DNA of 26,308 nucleotides, from assembly GCA_027050205.1 (NCBI GenBank), contig JALUCS010000123.1, forward strand, positions 1 to 26,308, in the 5' to 3' direction. How positions within the stretch are numbered: the first letter of the stretch is position 1; the number at the start of each line of letters is the position of its first letter. A program made the translations under genes and the position numbers. Shown piece by piece: positions 9,292 to 18,354 of the stretch. The DNA comes from a candidate division WOR-3 bacterium (GTDB taxonomy: Bacteria; Hydrothermota; Hydrothermia; LBFQ01). Below the pieces are notes generated by a model. That model searched no databases. It saw only the letters and a program-made list of their open reading frames with translations, and was not told the DNA's origin.

Positions 9292-9811
9292 CCTCTCCCT
9301 CCACGGCCTTCAGTTCGGTGATGTAGGGTAGGTTGCGGTACATCTCGTAGGCGTCAAGGCCATAGCCCACGAGGAAGACGGGCGGGACCTCAAAGCCCAC
9401 GTAGTCCGCCTTGAAGGGAACCTTCCTCTTCGCCGGCTTGTCCAAGAGTACCACCGTCTTCAGTGAGGCGGGTTTCCTGTCCTGTAGCAGCCTTACGATG
9501 TACGAGAGGGTCAGGCCCGTGTCCAAGATGTCCTCCACCACAATGACGTCCTCCCCCTCAATTGGGTGGTCCAGGTCCTTTATCAGCCGCACCTCCCCCG
9601 TACTCTCGGTGTGCTTACCGTAGCTGGAGACGGCGAGGAAGTCTATCTTTACGGGTACCCTTAGGTACCTTACGAGGTCGGCGAGGAACACGAAGGCCCC
9701 CTTGAGGACACCGACCAGGAGGGGTCGCTTACCCTCGTAATCCCTGTTTATCTCCTCCGCGATCTCCTGCACCCTCTTTCGTATCTCCTCCTCGCTTATC
9801 CTGAAAGCCAT
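9284..9811 (-). CDS. hpt: Hypoxanthine phosphoribosyltransferase
   Basis: GVLKGAFVFLADL, VIVVEDILDTGLTL (PRPP loop), VGYGLD...RNLP. Confidence 0.96.
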   Translation of the reverse strand: MAFRISEEEIRKRVQEIAEEINRDYEGKRPLLVGVLKGAFVFLADLVRYLRVPVKIDFLAVSSYGKHTESTGEVRLIKDLDHPIEGEDVIVVEDILDTGLTLSYIVRLLQDRKPASLKTVVLLDKPAKRKVPFKADYVGFEVPPVFLVGYGLDAYEMYRNLPYITELKAVEGEDG

Positions 9812-9865
9812 AGCAGTTATTCTACCGGCGTAGGGCCTCCCCTTTCGCTCGTATAATTCCGTACT

Positions 9866-10477
9866 ATGAAACGGTGGGTGTTGGGGTTTTTACCTCTCGT
9901 TGTCCTCTCTGCTATCTTCCTCGTGGCCGGGAGTAAGGCCAACGACGTACCTCCGGAGACCGAGAAGAAGGTCGCCGAGATTGGCCACAGGGCCACCATG
10001 GCCCTCCTCAAGAAGCTCCTCGGTGAGGTCACGTCCTCTTTAGAGGAGAAGGGGGCAGCCGCAACGGTGGCCTACTGCTCCGGCAGGGCCTTACCCCTCA
10101 CGGACAGCATCTCCAAGGCCTTCGGCGTTGAGATCAAACGGACTTCCTTCAAGTACAGGAACCCCAAGAACAAGCCGGACAGGTACGAGGAGGAGGCCCT
10201 AAGGTACTTTGAGAAGTTCTTCAAGGAGAGGAAGAAACCTCCCAAGTACTACATCCAAAAGGTCAAGGTGGGGGATAAGCTCGCGTACCGCTACTACTTC
10301 CCCCTCAAGGTTCTGAAGCTCTGTCTGACGTGCCACGGTGTCCCCGGTAAGGACATAAAGCCCGAAGTCCTCAAGGTTCTAAAGGAGAAGTACCCGGAGG
10401 ACAGGGCGACCGGATACAAGGAGGGGGACTTCAGGGGGGTCGTGAGGGTCCAGATACCCGCGGAGAAGGTACGTTAA
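9866..10477 (+). CDS. DUF3365 / Tll0287-like exported c-type heme protein
   Basis: Signal peptide, KRTSFKYRNPKNKPD, CLTCH heme motif, YPEDRATGYKEGDFRG. Confidence 0.88.
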   Translation: MKRWVLGFLPLVVLSAIFLVAGSKANDVPPETEKKVAEIGHRATMALLKKLLGEVTSSLEEKGAAATVAYCSGRALPLTDSISKAFGVEIKRTSFKYRNPKNKPDRYEEEALRYFEKFFKERKKPPKYYIQKVKVGDKLAYRYYFPLKVLKLCLTCHGVPGKDIKPEVLKVLKEKYPEDRATGYKEGDFRGVVRVQIPAEKVR

Positions 10478-10875
10478 AGGGAGAGGAGGACGGCCCCGGC
10501 TACGGCCAGGAGCATCCCCAGGATGTGCCTTAGATGGACATCCTCCCTAAGGAGGAAGGTGCCGAGGAGGAAGGTGACGACCGGGTAGGTAGCCGTAAGC
10601 GGTACGATAATGGAGATTTTACCGGTTTTCGTCGCCAGGATGAAGGATAGGTAGCCGGCCGTACCCGTTACTCCGGCGAGGATGGCATAGAAAAGGGCGA
10701 CCGTGGGGCGGGGAAACTCCTTGGAGGTGGCCAGGAGGTAGGCGGAGAGGAGGAAGGCGGCGAGGTTGCTAAGGACGTACAGGTGCGACCAGTGGAGGTG
10801 CCGGGAGGCGAGCTTTACGAAGAAGCCCCAGAGACCCCAGAAGAGGACGGTTAAAAGGGAATATGCGACCCACAC
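10474..10875 (-). CDS. EamA/DMT family small membrane transporter
   Basis: Five hydrophobic helices; FWGLWGFFVKLA, G.ISIIVPLTATYP. GTG 10875 lies 7 nt after TATAAT. Confidence 0.88.
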   Translation of the reverse strand: MWVAYSLLTVLFWGLWGFFVKLASRHLHWSHLYVLSNLAAFLLSAYLLATSKEFPRPTVALFYAILAGVTGTAGYLSFILATKTGKISIIVPLTATYPVVTFLLGTFLLREDVHLRHILGMLLAVAGAVLLSL

Positions 10876-10942
10876 GCCGCCTATTATACGAGGGGGCAAA
10901 GGGCTTCCAAACTCCCTCACAGCCGCATTATAATTGTGGGTC

Positions 10943-12370
10943 ATGCTGCTGCTGATAGGTATCTTCTCGCCGCAGCGGTATACTTACGAGACGTGGGAGG
11001 CCTTCAACGGGACGGCCCTCAACACCTCCCTACAGCTGCTTAGGGGAGACTTCTCCGGGGGATGGAGCGTCAGGTGGCGCACCCCTTTTGCCAGTAGTTC
11101 CTCCAACGAGAACTACGCCCAGTTCGTCATAGCCGACGTTGATGGGGACTCCCGGAACGAGGTCGTCGCCAGCTATAGCGACACCCTCATCGTATTTGAT
11201 GGAGCCAGTGGTAGCACAGAGTGGAGATTCGCCCACTCCTATACGGGATGGATGCCGGCGCCTGCTGTAGGGGATATAAACGGCGACTCCGCCTACGAGG
11301 TTATAACGGACGACGACAGGCTCGGTGTCAATCAGGTCGTGGCCCTAAGGGGTACGGACGGCACCGTCCTGTGGAGGACGGACGTAAATGGGGCTATGTA
11401 CTCCTCGCCAAAGATAGGCGACATAGACGGGGACGGTATAACCGAGGTCGTGATAGGAACGGACGCCGGTACGGTCTACGTCCTCAACGGCAACGATGGA
11501 AGCATAGACTGCACCTTCTCAACGGGAGGAGCGGTCAGATCCACCGCCGCCTTGGATAACGACCGGATAGTCATAGGGAGTCTTGACCATCGCATCTACG
11601 TCCTTGACGGCACCTGCAACTTAGTGTGGGCCTACACCACGGGTGGGGGCGTATGGTCCAGTCCCGTCTTCGTTGACATCAACGGAGATATGGTTAAGGA
11701 CATCGTCGTAGGTAGCGGGGACGGCCACGTCTACGCCCTCAACGGCTCTACGGGTACCCTCCTGTGGACCTACAACCTCGGGTGCGAAGTCCGATCTGCC
11801 CCGGCTCTGGCCAACATAGACTGGGACGGGGACCTGGAGGTCGTGGCTGGGGACGTATGCGGCCACATCGCCAGCCTCCGGGCGATAGACGGTACCGCCG
11901 ACTGGGTTGATACCCTCCCGCGCGGCATATACCCCTACGGGGCGATAGGTCTGGCGGATCTCCTCCCCTCCTCCTACGGCATAGAGATCCTCGTCCTGGC
12001 CGAGCCTTCGGCATGGTCGTCCAACTACGCCTACCTGCTCTCGTCCAGCGGTGCGATTTTGAGGGCCTTTAGCGGGTACGGGGACGGCTTCGCCATCGGC
12101 GACGCGGACAACGACGGGTGCGTAGAGGTGTTCATAGAGTGCGACGGATGTAGCGATGGCAGGGACGTCCTCTACGACTCCTCCACGAACGACGGCAGTT
12201 GTGGAGTCCTCGGCGAGGGAGGGGACTTATCGGCCGACGAGGATGCACACGTTGAAGCGCCCAGGGACGACGGTGCGACCTACGACGCCTCCGGTAGGAG
12301 GGTCTCCGGCGGTAAGGGGGTGCGTTTCATCAGAAAAGGCGGGAGGTGGAGGAAGGTCATAGAGAGGTGA
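10943..12370 (+). CDS. Secreted FG-GAP/PQQ-like beta-propeller protein with short secretion-tail-like C-terminus
   Basis: Repeated DxDGD...EVV Ca-binding loops and ALxGxxGxxLW repeats; C-terminal YDASGRRV..GVRFIR..KVI. Confidence 0.85.
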   Translation: MLLLIGIFSPQRYTYETWEAFNGTALNTSLQLLRGDFSGGWSVRWRTPFASSSSNENYAQFVIADVDGDSRNEVVASYSDTLIVFDGASGSTEWRFAHSYTGWMPAPAVGDINGDSAYEVITDDDRLGVNQVVALRGTDGTVLWRTDVNGAMYSSPKIGDIDGDGITEVVIGTDAGTVYVLNGNDGSIDCTFSTGGAVRSTAALDNDRIVIGSLDHRIYVLDGTCNLVWAYTTGGGVWSSPVFVDINGDMVKDIVVGSGDGHVYALNGSTGTLLWTYNLGCEVRSAPALANIDWDGDLEVVAGDVCGHIASLRAIDGTADWVDTLPRGIYPYGAIGLADLLPSSYGIEILVLAEPSAWSSNYAYLLSSSGAILRAFSGYGDGFAIGDADNDGCVEVFIECDGCSDGRDVLYDSSTNDGSCGVLGEGGDLSADEDAHVEAPRDDGATYDASGRRVSGGKGVRFIRKGGRWRKVIER

Positions 12371-13511
12371 GACGCCTCCGGTACTCCTCCATTATCCGCC
12401 CCTCGCACCTCAACCTGTAGGGCTGGCGCTCCTGAGGTGTTGGAGGCTCCTCAAGGCACTCCCTCGGTGGTTCCCCCTCCAGCCCCAGCCTCTTTAGGGA
12501 CTCCTTCGCCGTCCTCATCCGCTCCTCAAGGGGATACATCCGCACCTTGACCTTGGCCCGTACCCTCAAGTAGGCCTTCAGGAGCTTCACCTCCCCCTCC
12601 GTAGCCCACCAGGTCATATACGTCAGAATCCGGAGGTCGCTCCAACGACTCATCTTAAGATGGGCCTCTACGAGGTCGGATATGCCCACCCTTTCTCCAA
12701 CCTCAATTGCCCTCCTCTCTTCCTTGGTGAGGGGTAGGTCCCTGCGGAGGTAGGGGTAAAGGGGTATAACCCACCTCTCCTCTCTCCTCCTGCCGACGTA
12801 GGCCCTCTTCGGTATCTCTGCCCCGCCCTTCAGGACGGTGCGCAGGAGGTTGAAACGCACTGCGTCCCTTAATGCCCTTAGGAAGGCGTCCTTGCGGAGC
12901 AGGGCGATCAGTCGCAGCTCGTTTATGACCCTCTGGGGGGAGACGTTCCTGACGTAGCACGATGCCTCCTCCACCGCCCTGTAGAAGGAGGGGTGATAGG
13001 AGAAGTGGAGCTTGTGCCTGTACCGTACCCCCCTCAAGCCGCGGGTGGGGTCGTCCCCGAAGGGTGCGAGGGGCCGGAGTACCCTCCCCCTTAGGTCCTC
13101 AAGCCCACCGTGGAAGTCTATAACCCTGACGCCGTCGTGGTATAGGGCGTTGACGGTGAAGTCCCGCCGCAGCGAATCCTCCTCAAGTCTACCGGTGAAG
13201 GAAACTTCCGGTAAGGCCCCCGGATAGGCGTACCTCTCCCTACGGGCGAGGGCAACGTCCAAGTTAGCCCCTCCGTACTCCAACTCCGCCGTCCCGAACT
13301 TACTGAACTTCTTCAGCCTCCCCCCCTCCCCCGTCAGGAGTTCAACGATACCTTTCAGGGTTCCCCTGTCCCCAATGAGGACGAGGTCGTAGTCTTCCAA
13401 CCTCTTCCCCTCACCGTAGAGGAGGAGGTCCCTGACCGCCCCACCGACCAAATAGACATCAAACCGTTTCCGCCATTTCCTCAAACGCTCTATCGCCTCC
13501 CCTATCCTCAA
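12357..13511 (-). CDS. Class II tRNA nucleotidyltransferase (CCA- or A-adding enzyme)
   Basis: YLVGGAVRD, DYD, ARRERYAYPGALPEV loop, EDSLRRDFTVNAL, DDPTR. TTG 13511 lies 7 nt after TATAAT. Confidence 0.9.
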   Translation of the reverse strand: MRIGEAIERLRKWRKRFDVYLVGGAVRDLLLYGEGKRLEDYDLVLIGDRGTLKGIVELLTGEGGRLKKFSKFGTAELEYGGANLDVALARRERYAYPGALPEVSFTGRLEEDSLRRDFTVNALYHDGVRVIDFHGGLEDLRGRVLRPLAPFGDDPTRGLRGVRYRHKLHFSYHPSFYRAVEEASCYVRNVSPQRVINELRLIALLRKDAFLRALRDAVRFNLLRTVLKGGAEIPKRAYVGRRREERWVIPLYPYLRRDLPLTKEERRAIEVGERVGISDLVEAHLKMSRWSDLRILTYMTWWATEGEVKLLKAYLRVRAKVKVRMYPLEERMRTAKESLKRLGLEGEPPRECLEEPPTPQERQPYRLRCEGRIMEEYRRRLTSL

Positions 13512-13529
13512 GGGAGGCATTATACGGCC

Positions 13530-14117
13530 TTACCTGCGGACGACGCTCCTCATACTGTCCTGAAAGCTCCTATCCACCACGTACTCCGCCTGCGTCCTAC
13601 CTACGCCGAGGTTGATGAACTTCTTGCTCCTCTTGAGGGGCAGGGCCAGACCCCTATCGTAGCAGAAGTTCCGGAGCTTCCTCTCAAGGGAGGCCACCTT
13701 GAAGAACCCCTCCCCCTTCATCATCCCCATAAGGGTACGTATGCTAACCTTACCGGAGGAGTAGATTATGCGATTCAAGAGCCTCCTCTCCTCCCGCGTT
13801 AGGTCGTGATAGAAGTCCTCGTAGTCCTCCGGCTTCCAGGGCTTCATCACCCGGCGCCTTAGGGCCTCCTTTATCTCCTCAACGAGGCCGTAGTCCAGGA
13901 CCACGTAATACTTGTCCCTCCCGTAGGGCTTCAGCCACCCCCAACTCTCCAGAAGGCGGGCGGTGTCCCTCAACTCCCGGAGGGGGACGAAAAGGTGCTT
14001 GGCGAGGTCCTTCAGGTTGACGTTGGGGTAAGAGTCCATAATCTCGTACACCATCCACTGGGTACGGTTATTGCCAAGATTTAAAAGGTTCTCAAGCACG
14101 TGCTCCCTCCTGATCAT
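13530..14117 (-). CDS. Hypothetical protein with winged-HTH-like N-terminal domain
   Basis: NLKDLAKHL..PLRELRDTARLLESWGWL resembles a wHTH; basic C-terminal domain. Confidence 0.6.
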   Translation of the reverse strand: MIRREHVLENLLNLGNNRTQWMVYEIMDSYPNVNLKDLAKHLFVPLRELRDTARLLESWGWLKPYGRDKYYVVLDYGLVEEIKEALRRRVMKPWKPEDYEDFYHDLTREERRLLNRIIYSSGKVSIRTLMGMMKGEGFFKVASLERKLRNFCYDRGLALPLKRSKKFINLGVGRTQAEYVVDRSFQDSMRSVVRR

Positions 14118-14219
14118 AGGCCAACAGTTTATAGATGGACCACACCCCCGTGGAGGTTAGTCGTCGCACCCCCGACGACTACGTCCCACACCTACGGCTC
14201 TAAGGGGTATAATCGGAAC

Positions 14220-15167
14220 TTAGCGACCCTTGACCGGGGTTGATTTGAGGACCTCTTTGAGGACGTCCCCCACCTTCACACCCTCGGCCTCCGCCCTGAA
14301 GTGGAGTATGACCCTGTGCTTGAGGACGTCGTAGAACAGCTCCTTAACTTCCTCGGTTGTGGGTACGGCCTTGTCCCTGATGTACGCCAGAGAGCGGGCT
14401 GCCCATACCAAGAACTGGGAGGCCCTCGGCCCCGCCCCGTACCTGACGAACTCCTTCACCACCTTGGGCGCCCCCTCTTCAACCGGACGGGTGTTCCTAA
14501 CGAGCCTGACGGCGTACTCAACGACGTGGTCCGGCACCGGCAGTTCCGCCGCCTCCTTCTGGAACCGCAGAATGTCCTCCCTACCCATCACCTTCCGGAT
14601 CTCGTCCAAGGCGGCGAAACCCTTGAGGAGGGCTATCTTCACCTCGTCCTCGTAGGAGGGGTAGGTTATGTCTATCTCCATTATGAAGCGGTCAAGTTGG
14701 GCCTCCGGCAGGGGGTAGGTACCCTCCTGCTCTATGGGGTTCTGGGTGGCGAGGACGAAGAAGGGACGGGGAACCTCGTAGGTCTTACCGGCGTAGGTCA
14801 CCCTCCTCTCCTGCATCACCTCTAAGAGGGCGGCCTGGGTCTTGGGTGGGGCGCGGTTTATCTCGTCCGCGAGTACCACGTTGGCAAACACCGGCCCCTT
14901 TACGAAGACGAACTCCTCCCCCCGCAGTATCTCCGTCCCCGTTATGTCCGTGGGCATCAGGTCCGGGGTGAACTGGATGCGGTTGAAGGATAGACCGAGG
15001 GCCCGGGAGAAGGCCCTTACGACGAGGGTCTTGGCCAACCCCGGAACCCCCACGATGAGGACGTGGCCGTCGGTTATTATGGAGACGGCCAGCCTCTCTA
15101 TCACCTTATCAAAGCCTACGACGGCCCTACCTATCTCCTCCCTTAGGGCCTCAAACTCTCTCCTCAA
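14220..15167 (-). CDS. MoxR family AAA+ ATPase
   Basis: GVPGLAKT, RIQFTPDLMPTDITG, LADEINRAPPKTQAALLE, ATQNPIEQEGTYPLPEAQLDRF. Confidence 0.95.
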   Translation of the reverse strand: MRREFEALREEIGRAVVGFDKVIERLAVSIITDGHVLIVGVPGLAKTLVVRAFSRALGLSFNRIQFTPDLMPTDITGTEILRGEEFVFVKGPVFANVVLADEINRAPPKTQAALLEVMQERRVTYAGKTYEVPRPFFVLATQNPIEQEGTYPLPEAQLDRFIMEIDITYPSYEDEVKIALLKGFAALDEIRKVMGREDILRFQKEAAELPVPDHVVEYAVRLVRNTRPVEEGAPKVVKEFVRYGAGPRASQFLVWAARSLAYIRDKAVPTTEEVKELFYDVLKHRVILHFRAEAEGVKVGDVLKEVLKSTPVKGR

Positions 15168-15792
15168 CGTACTCTACCTCTTTACGGAACTCCTCAAGGA
15201 GGGACTGGTAGGCCCTCTCCAGCCTAACGGATAGGTCGTTGTTGAGGATGAAGTTCCGGCCCCTGTCCCTAACGACTACGCCGGCCCAGACGTTCTCGTC
15301 CGCCACCACCTCCCACTTGGCCACGTCTACGTCCCACATATGGACGTCTCCGGGCGGTTTCATCACCCACTCCTGGGGAAGCTCCTTCAGGACATCCTTT
15401 ACGAGGTCCACGTCCCTCGGATTGGCGTAGACGACGGCGTCCTCTCCGACGTAGGCCAGGGTCTCCTCAACGAGCCGCTTGAGGACGTCCCTGTACCTCT
15501 TGCGGTCCTTCACCACCTCCATAAGCTCGCCGAGGGCCTTCTGCCTCGCCTCTCGGAGGATCTCCATCTGGGCAGAGAGGATCTTGGCCTTCGCCTCGCT
15601 GTAGTAGTCGGACAGGAAGGAGTGATAGCTCTGGGTATAGACGCTGTGGGCCAGCGGCCGATGCTCCCGCAGGATGTCGTCGGCCTCTATCTCCGCCTTG
15701 TTCAGTATGCGGGAGGCCCGCTCGTAGGCCTCTTTGAGGAGCCTTTCGGCCGTTTGGCGGACCTCCCTCTCTACGAGTTCTTTCAAGGCCAC
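15151..15792 (-). CDS. V/A-type ATP synthase subunit E
   Basis: Long charged N-terminal helix plus globular C-terminus (VYANPRD..., AGVVVRD...ILNNDL.VRL). GTG 15792 lies just after the subunit K stop; the longer ORF-track extension overlaps K. Confidence 0.82.
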   Translation of the reverse strand: MALKELVEREVRQTAERLLKEAYERASRILNKAEIEADDILREHRPLAHSVYTQSYHSFLSDYYSEAKAKILSAQMEILREARQKALGELMEVVKDRKRYRDVLKRLVEETLAYVGEDAVVYANPRDVDLVKDVLKELPQEWVMKPPGDVHMWDVDVAKWEVVADENVWAGVVVRDRGRNFILNNDLSVRLERAYQSLLEEFRKEVEYVEERV

Positions 15793-15794
15793 GC

Positions 15795-16094
15795 TTAGAA
15801 AATCAGGATTAGGAAGGCTATGACGAACCCGAGTATCACGATCGTCTCCGGCAGGGCGAGGAGGATCAGGATGGGGGTCTGTAGGCTCTTGTCCTCGGCG
15901 AGGGCGCCGGCACCGGCGGCACCTATCTTGGCCTGCGCGTACCCGGTGGCGAGGGCGGAGAGACCCATAGCCAGACCGGAGCCTATGTAGACCGCCCAAC
16001 CCTTACCGCTACCGGCCTCGGCGGCCATCAGGAAGCCAACGCTGAACATCAGCAGAAGCGTTACGCTGAAGAAAGTTGCAAGGATCCTCTTCAT
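15795..16094 (-). CDS. V/A-type ATP synthase subunit K (c) proteolipid, single hairpin with N-terminal leader
   Basis: ATGYAQAKIGAAGAGA...LALPETIVILGF with the essential Glu; SD GGAGG. Confidence 0.93.
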   Translation of the reverse strand: MKRILATFFSVTLLLMFSVGFLMAAEAGSGKGWAVYIGSGLAMGLSALATGYAQAKIGAAGAGALAEDKSLQTPILILLALPETIVILGFVIAFLILIF

Positions 16095-17950
16095 ATTCTA
16101 CCTCCTTTTCTTATAGGGTTAAAAATCCTGCTCGCTGGCAGGAAGAACTTGGTAAAGGCCTCCACGAACTGAAGTCGCATCCCCTGAATGGTGGGGTCCA
16201 CTATCCCCAGGATGAAGGCGAGGGCGTGGAAGGCCACCACGACGGTTATGGCGAAGATTGGCAGAGGCACTATATCGGCGAAGTGGTTGGCTATCTCCGC
16301 AAGGATAGCGGAGGCCAGACCCACAGCAGCCAAACGGGCGTAGGAGAGGACGTTCCCGAAGGCGGAGAAGATCTCAATCTGCCCCACCATACCCTTCACA
16401 AAGCCGCCGGATTTACTCTCACCGATAAAGACGAGTATGGCCCCCAGTACGAAGGAGACGGCTCCGGCGATGGTCAGGGGGGAGGCGAGGGCAGAGATGG
16501 AGGAAAGCCAAGGCCTGTCTATACCGATGGCCTTGAGGTTGGGGGCGATCATTAGGAGGATGCCGAGGATGGCGAAGAAGCGGCCCAGCTCAAAGAGGGC
16601 GTGTTCCCGGTGTTTGAGGACGAGGTAGTTCCAGACCCCTATGAGCATACTCAAGAGGACCTGGAGGAAGCCGAAGCCTATGGCTATAAAGAGCAGGTCC
16701 ATACCGTTGTGGGTCCTGTGGAAGAGGGGCTTTATTATGCCCATCTTTATGCCCCAGTCTCCGAATATCTCGCCAAAGAGGAGGCCAAAGAGGACGGCCA
16801 TAAAGGAGTTTATGAAATACACCAGAGACAGGTTCCTCGCGTCGCTTCCAGGTTTGCTGACCTGGGCGAGCATCCAGAAGAGGAACATCCCCACGAGGCC
16901 GTACCCGGCGTCTCCGAGCATAAAGCCGTAGTATATGGGGAAGAAGACGGCTATCATAACCGTGGGGTCAAAGGTCTTGTATATGGGAGGGGCGTAGATG
17001 TCAAGGAGGCTCTGGAACCACGATAGGGGAGGGGTGTTTTTAAGGGCGACGGGTACCCTCTCGTACTCCTCCACCTTCGGCTCCTCGGCCTTCAGGAAGG
17101 CTCCGGGGTCTATCCTGTGGAGGAGGGTACGGAGTTCTCCGAGCTTCTCCTTGGGAATCCACCCCTTTAGAAAGGCGAGGAATCGGGAGGCGGAGAAGCT
17201 CCTCTCCTTTATCCTTAGGACGTTTATGATGTCCCTGGCTACGAACTTCTGACCCTTGAGGAAGGATAGGTACCTGTCCCTCAACTCCCTCAAACGGTCC
17301 TCCAGCTCCCTTATCTTAGCAGGGAGTTTCTCCTTCAAGGCCCTCCTTACCTCCTCAAGGGAGGCGTACCCCTTGGGTGGCTTGAGGATGGTGAAACCCT
17401 TCCTCTGGAGCTGCTCCTTGAACCCCTCGGCCTTTCCCTCCGGTACCTGCACCACTACCAAGACTCTGTCTCCTACCACCACCTCGCTGTACGGATAGCC
17501 CTCCTTCTGGACGAGTTCCGTCAGGAGGGATTTGGCCCCAATCTCGCTGCGGGAGAGGACCACCCCGACCACTTCTCCGGAATGGCCACCGGTTATGACC
17601 TCCGAGAGGAGGAGGTAGTCGGAGAGCCTCTTCATCTCCTCCCGAAGGCGGATCAACTCCTTACCTATGGCGACGACCTCGTCCCTTACGGCCTTAACCC
17701 CGTCGTAATCCAAAGAAACGGCCACCGGAGACTCCTCAACCGGACCGAGGAGGCTCTCCACCTCCGAGATCATACTTAGAACCCTCCGGGCCTTCCTCCT
17801 CTCCTCCTCCTCCTCTTCCGTCAAGGGGAACCTATGCTCACCGTCGTACTCCTCCACGTGGAAGTTCCCCCAGTAGCTAAGGGCATCCAAAAGCTCCCTC
17901 CATTTCCCTTTGGGAACGGCGACCTCCACCTTTGCTATGGGGATGTGCAT
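16091..17950 (-). CDS. V/A-type ATP synthase subunit I (a)
   Basis: GW.P, DPT..IA.FFP..YGFM.GD.GYG, NVLSYARL.A (essential Arg), RLQFVE.F.KF. ATG 17950 lies 9 nt after TATAAT. Confidence 0.95.
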   Translation of the reverse strand: MHIPIAKVEVAVPKGKWRELLDALSYWGNFHVEEYDGEHRFPLTEEEEEERRKARRVLSMISEVESLLGPVEESPVAVSLDYDGVKAVRDEVVAIGKELIRLREEMKRLSDYLLLSEVITGGHSGEVVGVVLSRSEIGAKSLLTELVQKEGYPYSEVVVGDRVLVVVQVPEGKAEGFKEQLQRKGFTILKPPKGYASLEEVRRALKEKLPAKIRELEDRLRELRDRYLSFLKGQKFVARDIINVLRIKERSFSASRFLAFLKGWIPKEKLGELRTLLHRIDPGAFLKAEEPKVEEYERVPVALKNTPPLSWFQSLLDIYAPPIYKTFDPTVMIAVFFPIYYGFMLGDAGYGLVGMFLFWMLAQVSKPGSDARNLSLVYFINSFMAVLFGLLFGEIFGDWGIKMGIIKPLFHRTHNGMDLLFIAIGFGFLQVLLSMLIGVWNYLVLKHREHALFELGRFFAILGILLMIAPNLKAIGIDRPWLSSISALASPLTIAGAVSFVLGAILVFIGESKSGGFVKGMVGQIEIFSAFGNVLSYARLAAVGLASAILAEIANHFADIVPLPIFAITVVVAFHALAFILGIVDPTIQGMRLQFVEAFTKFFLPASRIFNPIRKGGRI

Positions 17951-18270
17951 GAAGTGGGTATTATAGTCTGGAAAGGAGACAAAGCCTGACGGTGTCCCTT
18001 CCTTCCCGCATACGACTCGTGGGTAGAAGCACACAGGCAAGGTTCAGTAAACGGGAAAGGTTAGGGCGGTTAGGGATGTCCCGATTCCATTAGGTCTGAC
18101 CTCTAAAAACTTACATCGGCACCCATAGGACCGATAACACGATTACACATAGATTATCCCTCATCGGTCTTAATATTATTTCTCATAAGGTCCTGATGAA
18201 CAGCGTACATCCTTCATAATTTACGAGGAGAAAGCTTGGGACTAACGGAGGAGTTCAGTTTTGGATTTTG

Positions 18271-18282
18271 GCAAAATTTTGC
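18271..18282. promoter_or_regulatory. Perfect 12-bp palindrome GCAAAATTTTGC in an AT-rich tract (candidate operator)
   Basis: Read directly from the sequence; a half-site GCAAAATT recurs at 18289. Confidence 0.35.
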
Positions 18283-18354
18283 AAATAAGCAAAATTATTA
18301 AAATTTCATTTTAATTTTTGGACTTTCGGCCCCATTTTCAACTTTAACAGATAG

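Noticed and set aside
15793..15999. N-terminal extension of the subunit E ORF (similarly 17951-18040, 10876-10944 and 25905-26099)
   Set aside because: These extensions overlap neighbouring genes or promoters and have atypical composition; downstream starts fit better.
18193..18233. Hammerhead ribozyme core (CTGATGA...GAAA)
   Set aside because: Stem II and the flanking stems cannot be paired in the required register.
18079..18235. Degenerate CRISPR array
   Set aside because: The motifs are short, poorly conserved and irregularly spaced, with no repeat-spacer periodicity and no cas genes.
18268..18283. Sigma54 (-24/-12) promoter TTGGCAAAATTTTGCA, as in rsr-rtcBA operons
   Set aside because: The GG and GC dinucleotides are separated by 9 nt, not the required 10; kept only as a palindrome.
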